In this document: piece after piece, positions 25,990 through 39,519 of the stretch
Layout of the letters: each line of letters starts with the position of its first letter
Numbering within the stretch: position 1 is the first letter of the stretch
Assembly: GCA_032718475.1 (NCBI GenBank)
Contig: JAUCBJ010007179.1
Location: 1-64,000, forward strand
From: Nemertoderma westbladi
Taxonomy: Eukaryota > Animalia > Xenacoelomorpha
DNA length: 64,000 nt
Reading direction: 5' to 3'
The notes under the pieces: generated by a model
Database searches by the model: none
The model's input: only the letters and a program-made list of their open reading frames with translations
What the model was told of the DNA's origin: nothing
Position numbers and translations under genes: made by a program

Positions 25990-28235
25990 GAATCCTACCA
26001 AGAGGGAACACACTTGTAGCTGTGACCCTTATAATGTTCGTTTAACCGTGTTTTATAAATGTTTAAATTTGCGGCTGTCAGTACGTTTTCGGTTAGTGAG
26101 TTCCATATATCAATAACACGAAAATGGGATGAGCCAGTGCGAAATTTCAGACGTGCGCGAGGTTTGACCAACTTCATTGAGTGACCTCGGCAGGCTGTGG
26201 AGTACAGAGTGAAATAGCGTCGCCACTCGATCGAATCAACACCGGTAAGCATGAGGTCTGCCCGAGTACGACGGTACTCAAGGGTTCGTAGACCGAGCTG
26301 TGTAAGTCTGGCTGGATATGGAGTATCACGGAGTGTTCGAACTAACCGGGTGGCTCGTCGCTGTGCCGTAGTAGTACAGTAAGTAACCGAATTTCGCCAA
26401 TGCGACTGGGAGACCGCACAGGGGATGCTTATTCAAGTGCTGGTCTACTAACCAGGGCTTTGTAAAGGTTTATGAACATTTCCTTGTCCAAATTCTTGAA
26501 GCAACGGTAAATGAGTCCGAGTATTTTGTTTGCCTTTTTGACGATTGTGGCAATGTGGGTCGAGAAGTTTAGGTTGCTTTGGACCAGGACTGCCAAGTCT
26601 TTTTGTAAAAATGTGGACTTTAGTGAGTGGGAACCAAGTGTATATGGTAACTTAGGATTTTGATTGCCAATGTGCATTACCTTACATTTGTCACATTTGT
26701 TGGTTAAAAAGAAGTTGCCACAATTTGTTTCAGCAGTCCAGGACACCCAGATCGCTTTGTAGTGGGGGTTGGGCAATATAGGTGATTTTACTGGGTTCGA
26801 TATAGCGCTGTCTTTGAGGTCATCGGCGAAAAGATGAATGAGCTGCGTGAGAAGAGTGGGAACATCATCCACGTATCCAAGGAATAGGAAAACTCCAGCA
26901 ACACTTCCTTGAGGAACCCAACTGTCAACAGGTAGCCATGGTGATGCTTTAAAACTGATGATCACGCGTTGATATCTACAAGAGAGAAACGCCCGAAACC
27001 AATTTAATAACTTGCCAGTTACTCCAAGGGCCTATTCCAGTACTCCAAGGGCCTGCAATTTGACAATCAGTCTCTGGTGTGGCACTGAATCAAAAGCTTT
27101 CCAAAAGTCCAAGCACGCAATGTCGATGCACATGTGATCATCTTTTATTGCAGAGTGCATTATCGTCCTTTCTGGAAACCGTATTGGTCATAGGTTATTT
27201 TCCTTCATGTAGGGCCTAGCTGTATGCTTCATCGACAATGTTTCGTTCTATAAGTTTGCAGACCACACTGATGTTAGACTGATAGATTGAAATTTTCACG
27301 CAAATATTTACTACCATTCTTAAATTGTGGAGAAATGTTGGCGAACTTCCAATCAACTGGTAGCGCTCCTTCATTAATTGACTTATTAAATAATGAAGCC
27401 AGGGGCTCAGCAATTGTATCAGATAGGCCTAGTTCTTTTATAACTTGTGGATAAACTTGATCAGGACCAGTAGCACCAGCCTCTCATTTCGTTGATTGAC
27501 TGAAGAACTGATTCATATGTGATGTTGATGGTAGATATGCTTGAATTAATTTCTTGAGAATATTGAGCAGAAGGAATATGTGAAAGGTCCTCTTTCGCAA
27601 ATGCAGTATGGAAATATTTATTTAAAAGTGTAGCCTTTTCGATATCAGCTGTAGCAAACGTTTTAAAACTACATGGTTGCTAGCTCCAAGACATTGTCTA
27701 AAAGTGGGTGTGTTGATCATGAACTCGTTATTGGTCAGGATGAAATCTAACAGACTAGGGGCACAGCCAATACGATACCGAGTGGGTTTATCAACATGTT
27801 GGAAGAGAAAGTTGTCGTGAATGCAAGAGATGATATTGGTTTCAAACTTGTCATTCAGTCATTTCAGGAAATTGTAGTCCAACATACAATAGGCATGTTG
27901 AAGACTCCCACAGATAAGAACTTCCCTTCTTTGGTGGCGACACAAGCATTGTCAAGCAACTCGCATAGGCCCTAGTGTATTAAATTATCGATTTGATGGA
28001 CTTCGGTAGATGCATCCCATTACAAGGGAGTCTTTTAGGTTGCTGCTATAAATCCTTGTCCATAATGATTCCAGTAGGCTGGTAGGTTGTTGTGTAGAGA
28101 CTCAATGAAAGGAACTTTGTAGTCAGTTGCAACAACACCATCACCACCTTGACATAAATTATGATCCCACGATGACATTGTTCATTTTGAAAGTTAGTCA
28201 GACTAGAATACCCAGTCAGCCAGTAGTTATTTTCG
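25990..28235 (-). mobile_element. Degenerate CR1 LINE, 3' part (APE remainder, RT, C-terminus)
   Basis: RGIIIYV, GCIYRSPS, QHVDKPTR, VPQGSV, FADD and RGHSMKL..RVIDIWNSL; many stops and frameshifts. Confidence 0.9.
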
Positions 28236-29145
28236 GATATAGTTTATTTTTAGTTTTATTTATTTCAACGCAACACTAATACAATATAAGTATTATCGTT
28301 GGAGATACCGGTAAATTGTTAATTATACAGTATAGTCACCAATATTGATTTCACCATTAATAACGACTATGCACAATATGATACATGACATGTTCCACAG
28401 ATCTATGTAGTAAACCTCACAAACCACTGGTTTACGGGGCGGCGACAACGTACTGCAATGGTGTTTATGTTCTACAACATGGATTAACAAGCCATATACT
28501 GTATAACAATACAGATATTAATAAACAGCACTGGAGAATAACTAGAGTGATAACCTGCAACAACAGCAACCGAGAAGCCAATTGGCGGGGGTTATTACAC
28601 AGTTCCATTTTTGATTACTGTTTATTGTTATGTAGTACTATGCTATGTTTACATATTTGTTCATGTTCACATGTTTTGTTATCGTCTGTACATCGTATCA
28701 TATTTATCTCGTTTTTATCTTAACTATTATTATCTATGACAAATTTTGACCGAGTTTTGAACGCATAGAATAAGAATAGTGCTAATTTCCTTGTGATTGC
28801 CTGATAATTATTTGATAGCAGAAGCTTGAATTTGTAGGGATTGGGTCGTTAATGGTACCAATTGTTAATGTACTTGGTACGGAGTTATGAATATTTGGGA
28901 CAAACGAGTGCAAAGTGCAGTTCGTCTTCTATTTGGTTCAGGTTACATAGTTCACAAATTCTTTCAGTTCGCGGAACCCTACGCCACCGCCCGGCCTCAA
29001 TTTGCAAGTCGTGTGATGAACAACGGAATTTAGCTAGAATGTGTCGGAGTCGCGGTGAGTCCTTTAGGCTGTCCAGATACGGTTCTGTTTCAAAGCTCCT
29101 TTTGCTATATAACTGTCCTTTAGGGGATCCGGCCAGAGCTGACCA

Positions 29146-32100
29146 TGTGACGGGATCGATGGATCCCGATTTATCCAGTTTGGGTTTATATACGCGTCCC
29201 CGCCGTGTGAGTGAAAAGGGTTGTTGTAAGTCCTTCTGATATTGCTGATACAGTGATGCGGTTGATAGTATAATATATACAGAGATAGCACCAGATAATA
29301 TAATAGTTGTATAAGTATACTGATGACGGCGGCGACGGTTACAAAGTGTTACCGTCGTGCCCTAGCTAATCGAACGACTGAGTAAACTGAATAACTGATT
29401 GCTGTCAACTGGTTATATTGCACGGGTTGGCCTTGTTACTGTACCTAGCCGGTGCCTCCCTCCCATTGGCTAATATCCCTGTTGGCGCCCTTTGGAGTGT
29501 TTCCCTTCACTCCTGCTATTCTCTCTCTGTCAGGGGTGTGGCCCCTGACCCCTATTGTGTGTTTCTCCTTCCCACTTTGTTGGGGTGACACGAGGTTGAT
29601 ATTGGTAATCAACCTCGTGCTCCCAATATTGCTTAACGGCTTACTTTGTGGGGTGTTAGCGGAATTGAATACGCTAACACTCCCCCCCATGCTATCTTCC
29701 CGGTAAGAAGATAGCATCCACCTCAAGTGCGCTACAATTCCGCTGGATCCCGATCTAGTATCGGGTGTGGGGTGGTACTATTTTCTCTCGGAGCCGGCTT
29801 TCCAGGCCGCTCCCTATGGGTATGATGTCACTACCCTCTGGCGTCTCGTGTCGGGCCGATCGTGCGCTTCTCTCACACAATTTTTGTTTCCCCGCAGTCT
29901 CACCCTCTCACCCTAACTCTCGCATACTCCCGGACCTCCTCGTCCCACACTCTTCCTCTCACTTCTCCTCCCCCACACTTGAATTGCGCCCACGCTCTCT
30001 TCGCACTCCGCACTATCACCTCTCTACTCTCTGTCACCCCCTAAGGCCCTAATTTCTAATGCTACCCCTGTGCTATCATACTATCTACCTACTACTTACT
30101 TGCTAACTATCTAACTCTCTTACTAACTCTAACTATCTCTAATTCTAACTCTACTAACTCACTAACTCTACTCTCTGCTAAGTCTACTAACTCTTTCCTA
30201 ACTCTGACTAAAACCCTCCATCTACGTGGCGCTTGTGGTGCCCACAACCATTCTACTACTACTTCTACTCTGCTACTATCTTCCTAACTCTACTAACTCT
30301 CTACTACTTCTAACTCTACTATCTGGCACCCTATGTGCCCTCTCTACTACTTCTACACTCTAACTCTACTCCTGGCACCCTATGTGCCCTCTCTACTACT
30401 CTACTCTCTACATCTTACTCCCTTTACGTCTACTCGACCTGCACGTGACGCTCTGAGTGCCGGCAGAGTGGGTACGTTAATTATGTGAACTACTACTAAC
30501 TCTTACTAACTCTACTAACTCTCTACTAACTCTCTACTAACTCAACTAACTCTACTAACTCTCTACTAACTTAACTAACTCTACTACTAACTTCTTGTGC
30601 CCGGCACCTCTTGCGCCCGGCACCCACCCTAATTAACATACCCTGCTCTTACATCAAACACGTCATCACGCCCGTGCCCCACTAAGTTCAACGCATCCCC
30701 TACTAACTCTAACTACGTGGCGCTTGCGGTGCCCACAACCACTCTGCTTACTACTTCCTACGTGGCGCTTACGGTGCCCACAACCTCTACTGCTACTACT
30801 TTCTACGTGGCGCTTATGGTGCCCACAACCCTCTACTGCTCTACTAACTTTCTAACTAACGGTACTACGTACCCTCTTACTCTTACTCTCTCTAAGCTAA
30901 CGGTACTACGTACCCTCTTACAACTTCTCTAACTCTCTCTAACTAACGGTACTACGTACCCTCTTACTACTTCTAACTAACTCCACTAACTAGCGGTACT
31001 ACGTACCCTCTAACTAACTTCTCTAACACTAACTAACTGTACTACTCTCTTACTACCTAACTTCTACCTACTTTATTATTTAATTATTTTATTAATTTTT
31101 AATTAAATAATTATTTTCCGTGGGAAGGGCGTCTCGCCCTCATTCCCACCCCCCTCAGTCCAAAACATTGGACGACTAAAAACTCTCAGGTGCCCCTTCT
31201 TCCAGTAGGCACTCTCCCACTGCCCTCCTATACGTCCTCTAACTCTTCGCCACACTCTCTTCGATACTACCTCTGCTGGCCTCCCCCTTCGTATGTGCGC
31301 TGGCATTAAAGGCCTCGACGACCCCCGCTCGTACCTCGGTATACACGACGTCCGCCCATGTAATGCCCCCTCGCACCGTGCCAGTCCTGCGTGCGTATGC
31401 AACACGCCTCCTTCTACTTTCCCGGCTCCTTTATGTTTGCTCATGGGCTTCTCTGCCCCTGGTCTAGTCCTTTCACATCCTCTCCCTTTCCAACACTCTC
31501 CGGATCTGTGTCCTTTTACCACACATCGATGACATAGTCCGTTTGCGTCTGTGTAGGCTACACGATCTCGTTTGGGCAACGCTTGCCAGTACTTACAACT
31601 CCTGGTCTTATGGGTTCCGTCCCGATGTAATTGACATTCGAATCCTGGATTATAGCGTTTCCTGTATAGTCCTTCACGTATCGCGCCTAGGTTTATATGT
31701 ACCGATTTAGTGTTTTGGTTGTCTAGACTCGGCCTACTGGGTATATTGGGATTGTGTTTATTTTTGGTGTTATTTTCTTTCTGTCCCTGCCACGGTGTGG
31801 CCCTGCTACCAGCTAACTGTGGACTAGCAGTCCCCTGTATGGCCGCGTGTGGTAGCGACTGTCCGCACGACCTGTTCTCGTCCAAGGGGTTCGATGTTCT
31901 TGCTCCTATTGGGGTATATTGTCGATATTGTGATGGGGGAATGTCACCCTGCCCCCCCCCCCCCCCCCGGCCGGTATGTTTGGTACTGGGGTTGATGTTA
32001 ATATATTGGGGCCCATACATCTATCTCCAATAACTCTCCCCTCCCCTGGATATATGTTATGTCCCTGTGTATTATAGTCATGCTGCTGTACCGATATAGG

Positions 32101-35100
32101 CCTACCCACTTCTTGCCTACCTACCGGTATGTACTCCGCGGCTTCCGGGTTTAATCCCGTCGTTCGCGCTACCCTATCGCCTATTCTATCTCTCCCAGCA
32201 TGGCCTATAATAGTATGTGCAGTAAGGCCTACAGTATGTCCTGCAGTCTGCATGTGCCCTTTCGAACCGAAGTTTATTCTTCTCGAATCTCGAATCTCCC
32301 CGCGACTACCGCACTCTCGATCGGCAGCTATATCCCGTCGGGAAGCTTCTCTTCGATCCCCTCTCCTGTTCTCGACTTTGCATTGGTACGTCCTGTACCC
32401 CTCTCTTGGCGTGCGGTGCGTTTCTCCGGGGCGACGGCAATCTCCCGAAGTTCGACCCCACTGACTCCCTAACTCCATCTCTACTATCGACGGTCCGCTA
32501 TCCGTCCTCGCACTCCTATCGTTCGTGGCGACACTTTTTCTACTATCTCCTCTTCTTCTCTTTTCAGTGCAGTATTCCGGCTCGTGAGATCTCTCGTCGA
32601 CCTCCCGGTTAAACTCCACTGTTCTTCTTCCCTCTTCTAATCGGGCTCGACGCTTCGTCTGCCCTCTCGCGACGTCAACCTGCCTCTCTCTGCTCGATCG
32701 CACGCCGCTGGGGATACTCGCAATCCCCCTATTACTCTCCGTCGCCGGGTGTTGCGGTTTACCTAGCTCGGCCCGCGCATTATCCGCCGACGCCTGTGGG
32801 ACACTCTCTGCCCCCCCCCCCCCTCTCTCTACTAATCTCTCGCGGTGGGGTGCCCGTAGCCCCCCCCCCCCCCACCCGCCACTTCTAACTTCACTATCTC
32901 TTACTACACCTTCTGCGTCCCTCTTGTGGGACATTCTCTCCCCCCCTTCTCTCGCCACTAATCTTCTCGTGGTGGGGCGTCCGTAGCCCCCCCCCCCCCC
33001 CCCCACTCGCCACTTCTAACTTCACTACCTCTTACTACACTCCTACACCCCTCTTGTGGGGCATTCTCTGCCCCCCCTCTCTCGCCACTAATCTTATGTG
33101 GTGGGGCGCCAGTAGCCCCCCCCCCCCCCCACTCGCCACATCTAACTTCACTATCTCTTACTTCGTCTCTACACCCCTCTCTAGTCGACGCACTGTCTCT
33201 ACTACGGCTGGGTCTATTCACCCCCGCCTCTCTCTCTACTACTGCGTGGCCTACCAGGCCCACCTCGGGTTGGCTCAACCCCGCTACCTCCTGCCTACCA
33301 ACTACGTGGCCTACCAGGCCGCCGTCGGGTTGGCTCAACCCCGCCACTTCCTGCCTACTAACTACGTGGCCTACCAGGCCCCCGTCTGCCGGGCTATGCA
33401 CGTCTGACACGTTCATATTAATAGCACCATTCCCAATATTATTTGTTAAATCAATTAAATTATTAGAATTTGAAACGGGATTATTATTTAAATTATTTAA
33501 ATTAGAATTATTATTATTTTCAAAATTTAAATTATTATTCGAATTATTTGAATTATTCTGAATATTTGAATTAATATTATTATTTGAATTTAAATTTAAA
33601 TTACCGGGTAAAATATTTCCTGTAATAAAGGGATTAGGGTTATTTACTACGGTACTATTAATATTAACTATTTCTAACGTACTACTACTACCCCCCCCCC
33701 CCCCCCCGCCCGTACGGCTACACCAGTTCTGGTTCTCTCGCCCGGTGTATGTAAGTGGGGTCTCACTCTCTGATAGTTCCAACCGCGCCAGTTCTAGTCG
33801 GCGCTGATTCAGTTTGGCTTGATATTGCGTAAGCCCTCTTAGTCTGGGCACGCAAATCATCCCGCACGCGCTTACTCTCTATCTCTCTCTCTCGTATACT
33901 CTGCTCGGCCAACTCTGCCTTTCTCGCAATCGTCTCATACCACCTCGCCGGCTCGCTCTCTACTCTCATCTCCCGCTCTCTACACTCCTCGGCTCTCTCT
34001 CTACACTCCTCGGCTTTCTCTCTATACTCCCTCGCCAACTCTCCTAACCTCTCTGAAAATGCGGTTTCCTCTCTCAATTGTCTCTCTAACTCATTCTGCT
34101 CATTCGCCACCATTTCTAATTTATACGTCAGAATCTCCCGCACCCTTCTTTCTTTTGCGGAGGATGTAGCAGACTTATCGGTTGCGACGGACTCCCGTCG
34201 CCCCTCCGTCCCACCAACTTTCCCCCGCCTCCCGGAACTTCCTCCGACCGACGAGACCGAATCCTCGGAGTTAACCTCGGATTCGCCCTCCTGCGGTCTC
34301 CTCCAACCCACTAATTTTACTCCCCGGGCATCGACTAAGTATGGCCCTATGTACACTACACTAGGCTGCATACCCCTACACTCCCATAGTTCAATCAGTT
34401 CGCTGGCAACTCCCTCTCGCTCTCTCCTCGGCTAGTTCTCTCTGCCCAAAACGCATTAGGTAATCAAAGTGTCTGTTCGACTCACCTAGTCGTTTCCTCA
34501 ATCTCACCTCGTCTATCTTCGCCCCTCCTTTGGCCTCTCTCAGTTGCTTCCGGGTCGCGAGGTAGGCTCGTCGGAGCCAGTCGCCGACTCCGACGTCCTC
34601 GTTGCCGACATCTCCTCTATCCTTCCGTGTCCGGCGTCGTACCGTCGGCCCCACCATCGCCGTTCCGGTGGACCGTCCGTCGTCCTCGGCCTGTGGCTGG
34701 CCGGCGACATCGGTACGTCGACCCTCGCTCCGCGTCGACTCGTCTTTCTCTTCTCCCGACTCGTCTCTCCTTTCTCGTTGTAGACGGCCCCCCTTCTCTT
34801 GGATTGCCGGATCGTCTGTAGTCGATGGATCCGGCGTCGTGGGTCGATACCGTCTCGCCGTGGCCTCGCGGATCGTTAGGTTGTCGTCCGGGGTCCGCGG
34901 CGGTGTCGTCTTCTCCTCTTGACTCATCTTTATACTGGCTGGCAGTCGCAGTCTCGATAGTAGGCCCTGGGTAACTTTGTAACTGTGACGGGATCGATGG
35001 ATCCCGATTTATCCAGTTTGGGTTTATATACGCGTCCCCGCCGTGTGAGTGAAAAGGGTTGTTGTAAGTCCTTCTGATATTGCTGATACAGTGATGCGGT

Positions 35101-35517
35101 TGATAGTATAATATATACAGAGATAGCACCAGATAATAGAATAGTTGTATAAGTATACTGATGACGGCGGCGACGGTTACAAAGTGTTACCGTCGTGCCC
35201 TAGCTAATCGAACGACTGAGTAAACTGAATAACTGATTGCTGTCAACTGGTTATATTGCACGGGTTGGCCTTGTTACTGTACCTAGCCGGTGCCTCCCTC
35301 CCATTGGCTAATATCCCTGTTGGCGCCCTTTGGAGTGTTTCCCTTCACTCCTGCTATTCTCTCTCGGTCAGGGGGGTGGCCCCTGACCCTTATTGTGTGT
35401 TTCACCTTCCCACTTTGTTGGGGTGACACGAGGTTGATATTGGTAATCAACCTCGTGCTCCAAATATTGCTAAACGGCTTACTTTGTGGGGTGTTAGCGG
35501 AATTGAATAAGCTAACA
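29146..35517 (-). mobile_element. Non-autonomous gag-only LTR retrotransposon, BEL/Pao-like, 6372 bp
   Basis: 534-bp TG..CA LTRs at 29146-29679 and 34984-35517 (about 8 differences by eye); 5-bp TSD GACCA; PPT GGGGGGGAG next to the 3' LTR; no pol motifs. Confidence 0.93.
31103..34927 (-). pseudogene. Gag-like coding region split into five ORFs
   Basis: ATG about 47 nt after the PBS; Glu/Arg coiled coil, Asn-rich tract, PAM2-like LNPEAAEYIP and a BEL-type zinc array CQLH..HKTRSC..LCHRCVVKGHRSGEC. Some breaks are near G homopolymers and may be sequencing errors. Confidence 0.7.
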
Positions 35518-37478
35518 GACCACCAACCTTACACAAATTGGTCTTTGATAATTTTTTTTTACTTTGAACAAAAACTGGCATTCTGAATTTATCGCTTGGT
35601 CTTGCCACACCCAGGAAAAACCCAGACTGTTTATGAGGTCCCTTGTAAGTGACACCCAGTTAACCACTGAGTTGTCGTTCAGTACATCCTGATAAAGAAG
35701 ATTGTACGTTTGTTTTAGTAACCGGTTATCTGGCAACTTTATTATGCGCGTCCAAAATTTTACAATGTAAAATTTTCGACGCAAGGCTAAAGGTACCGCG
35801 CCACTTTCCCCGTATACCATAAAATTTGGTGTACTGCGCTGTATTCCTAAAACCCTTTTAATGAATCCAAAATGGACACGTTCGGCAGCCGGTGCCATGT
35901 GAAAGCCCCACACCTCTGATCCGTACATAAGTATAGGTAATATTAAACATTCGAATAGTCTGTATCGCAATTCGAATGTAACATTTGGGAAACAGTTAAG
36001 GCGCCTAAAAAGTGAAAACAGTGCTTTCTGCGCCTTTTCGGCAAGCACCTTTTCGGCAGTTGAGAATTTCCCTGTGGTGGTAAAAGCAATTCCCAAGTAA
36101 GTATACTGGGACACCACCTCGACTACCTTTGATTTATAGAACCATTTATTCCTTAGGGTGCCCCCTTTTCTAAACACTATAATCTTTGTCTTTGCCAAAT
36201 TTACCTCGAGAGACCAGTAATCCGCAAACGAACCCAATGTGTGCAAAGATGTCTGCAGTTTTGTTGCGCTATTTGCCATGCGAATGACATGTAGACCCTC
36301 AAACCCAACAGCTGCCAATTCCGCCTCCAAGTCGTTCAAGAATAGAGAGAAGAGAAGGGGGGATAAAGCATCCCCTTGCATTACCCCTACAAAGTATATC
36401 GAACTGATCGGAATAATTACTGTTCCACCTAACCCGAGCCTTAGCTGCGCTATAAATGCTCTTTACGATTCCGAAGATTTTTCCTCCAAAGCCTAAACTA
36501 CCAAGTTTTATCCAAAGGGCCTTGTGGTTAACGCTATCGAACACACGACGAAAGTCAACCAAAGCGCAGTATAATTTATTCCCAGATTGTTTTGTGAAGT
36601 GGGAAATAAGACGATGGAGAATAAGAATGTGATCAGTCGCTCCGTAACCTGTTCTGAACCCACCTTGGGCTTCCGATCTAGCACCTGTGCAATCGGCCCA
36701 CCATGTCAGTCTTGCGTTTATAATTCCTGTGAAAAGTTTACCAACACAACTCAGAAGCGAAATTCCTCGGTAATTACTCGAATCTAGTCTGTCTCCCTTG
36801 TTCTTATATATCGGGTTAATTAGTGCGGTCGCCCATGCCTCCGGAAAATATTCTACATAAAGCACTGCATTGAATAATACAGTCAAGGTGGGGGTTAACT
36901 GCTCTTAACCTTCCATTAATAATTCATTAATTAGTAAGTCTATACCTGCTGCCTTACCCCGCTTTAGTCTATGGATAGCTAATTTGACTTCCTCTTCAGT
37001 GAATGGTTGGGATATATATGATTCTAGAATGGATTTACTTTCTTGTACATTGATATTAACTCTAGGTGGTATTCCCACATCTTCAAAGTTGTTTGTATTG
37101 CTGCTATTTAAGTCACTGTAATATTTATAAAACTCTTCAACACTGGGGGATAACGTATTAGCGCTACCTTTACCACTGGCGTTTGCTAGTAGTTTCCAGA
37201 ATTTTTTTGTTTCGGAAACCCTAAATTTTTCAAGTAGCTGTGATTGGTCCTTTTTGTAACTAAAGCGTGCTTGCCTCAATGACTTCCGATACGTGTTGCG
37301 TGCAGAGGTCATTGCCCTATGAGATTCCTCGTTCCTAGTGCGCTTCCAGTTTGTCACGGCTGTTTGAAATAGACATCTGTTATTTCGACAATCGTCATTG
37401 TACCACGGGTGAGATACTCTAGATGAATCATTTGTAACGCTCAGTTTGTTAGCAGACGCAAAATATTTATAGATATAG

Positions 37479-38100
37479 AAGGTGTTGTGTATTTGGGTAA
37501 TACCCCAGTAATAGCAATTATATCAGGATTGCTATCACAAATTGAGACCTGAAGTTACAAGAGTTTATTGAGTACAGTAGGTTGTCCACATTAGTGTACA
37601 TGATATTTGAAATGCCCCAGAGGGATTGGTGGTGGGAATGGTGGTGATGGGTGGAAGATCAGTAGTAGAGGACAAAGAAGATGGTAGAGTGGGAGGATGG
37701 ATGTGGGTAGTAATGGTTGTTGGGGTAGCGGATGGTGTATGAACAGTGCAGATAGTAGATGAGGGCGTGGGAGCAGGTGTAATTGAAGGTACGAGAGTGA
37801 GTATAGTTTTGGAAGTAGACCTGGACATGGGCTCATTGGGCAGTATATGTGTAGAGAAAGTTAAGCTAGCAGCAAGTTCGTTGACACTGGTTTTGATATG
37901 GGTGGTGGTTGGCATAGGGATACAGTAGATGGTGATGTGGTAGATACTGGTTGGGATAGTCTGTCAACCTTATCAACCTCACCTCACCTGTGGACTGGAC
38001 ATGACAGATGGACGGCTTTGAAGCCATCGTCGCTGCCGCTCTTTAAAAGCTTTTTCCTTTTCAAACCTTGATAGATCCATAATACAAGTCTGTCTTGACA
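37479..38100 (-). mobile_element. CR1 LINE 5' part (start of APE), continuous with the 25990-28235 fragment
   Basis: PDIIAITGVLPKYTTPSI joins in frame across the TSD to SENNYWLTGYSSLTNFQNEQCHRGIIIYV; left end firm, right end approximate. Confidence 0.75.
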
Positions 38101-38327
38101 GATCCGTAATGTAATACATACAACAGTGCATAGTAGTATGTACGTACAGTAGTATTACCAGACTGATGTACTACAGTTAGTACAGTATTATGTATTACAT
38201 AACATACTACCTTCTGACACTGGACTGTCATACTGCCCTGCCACAGCCTTAAATAAATAATTGTCTCTTAATCGAACTGTCTATTTGTTTATCTTACTTG
38301 TCTGTAATATTTATTATTAAGGCCTAA

Positions 38328-38573
38328 AAAAGGCAAAGCAAACAGTCGGCCGAAGCCGGAGGCGACCCGAAGGCTCCTCTTTCGATTGCTGCTACCCGAG
38401 GGTAGGGGTGGGCGCTACTCTGAGATTTGCGCTAGATTTGCTCCCTGTTATTTAACTGGTACTCATTTTATCGACCCCAGTGGATGAAAGGCTGAGTGGA
38501 CCCTGGCGGGGCTGAACCTACAATCAATAGATTGCAGGCCCGGCGCTCAACCAACTGAGCTACCCCGCCTTCC
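38328..38573 (-). mobile_element. tRNA-derived SINE with a conserved central domain
   Basis: Minus strand GGTAGCTCAGTTGGTTGAGCG A box, GGTTCAGCCCC B-like box, ACTCAGCCTTTCATCC..GGTCGATAAAATGAGTACCAG core; 11-bp TSD TTAAGGCCTAA. Confidence 0.9.
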
Positions 38574-38919
38574 TTAAGGCCTAATTAATTAATTATTATT
38601 ATTATTGTTAATTTCTTTCGTACATAACATATGGAAATATACTAATCATATGGTAGTACAGGAGCACAATAATTAAATTACCAACAAAAAAAAGGAAAAA
38701 TATATATAAGTAATATAAGGTAGGTAGAATCAGTCTGAGGGAGACATGCTCCAAAAGCATCTCAATTTCATTAATTGAAAACCCCGCTATTGCCAACTCG
38801 CGGTTTTTAACTCGGCATAATTCCCTGCACAAATCCACCCTCCAAACTGCTGAACTGCGTCGCTCGTAAGGGCGTACGGCAAATTTACACTAATTGATTT
38901 ATTGCATATAATAAAATAA

Positions 38920-39515
38920 TATCGGAGAGGTTTCGGTATCGGAGAGGGATCGGACACTCATTGCATAATAAAAAAATATCGGAGAGGTTTCGGTATCGGA
39001 GAGGTTTCGGTATCGGAGAGGTTTCGGTATCGGAGAGGTTTCGGTATCGGAGAGGTTTCGGTATCGGAGAGGTTTCGGTATCGGAGAGGTTTCGGTATCG
39101 GAGAGGTTTCAGTATCGGAGAGGTTTCGGTATCGGAGAGGTTTCGGTATCGGAGAGGGATCGGACACTCATTGCATAATAAAAAAATATCGGAGAGGTTT
39201 CGGTATCGGAGAGGTTTCGGTATCGGAGAGGTTTCGGTATAGGAGAGGTTTCGGTATCGGAGAGGTTTCGGTATCGGAGAGGTTTCGGTATCAGAGAGGT
39301 TTCGGTATCGGAGAGGTTTCGGTATCGGAGAGGTTTCGGTATCGGAGAGGTTTCGGTATCGGAGAGGTTTCGGTATCGGAGAGGTTTCGGTATCTGAGAG
39401 GTTTCGGTATCGGAGAGGTTTCGGTATCGGAGAGGGATCGGAGACTCATTGCATATATATGGTTTCGGTATCGGAGAGGTTTCGGTATCGGAGAGGGATC
39501 GGATACTCATTGCAT
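38920..39515. repeat. 17-bp minisatellite (GGTATCGGAGAGGTTTC)n with higher-order interruptions
   Basis: About 28 units punctuated by GGATCGGA.ACTCATTGCATA blocks. Confidence 0.95.
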
Positions 39516-39519
39516 ATAC

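Larger units (their letters stand above)
28243..37471 (-). mobile_element. 5'-truncated L2/Crack/Daphne-group LINE inserted in the CR1 and split by an LTR element
   Basis: KAAGID, NYRGISLLS, QGGFR, VDFRRVFDSV, QGDALSPLLF, YGSEVWG and the C-terminal ICELC..EDELHF..C; A-rich tail at 28243-28265; TSD GATATAG at 28236-28242 and 37472-37478. Confidence 0.88.

Noticed and set aside
35158-35225. Hammerhead ribozyme (CTGATGA followed by a stem) in the LTR
   Set aside because: No GAAA directly after the stem, and it is on the antisense strand; the stem is explained by the anti-PBS hairpin.
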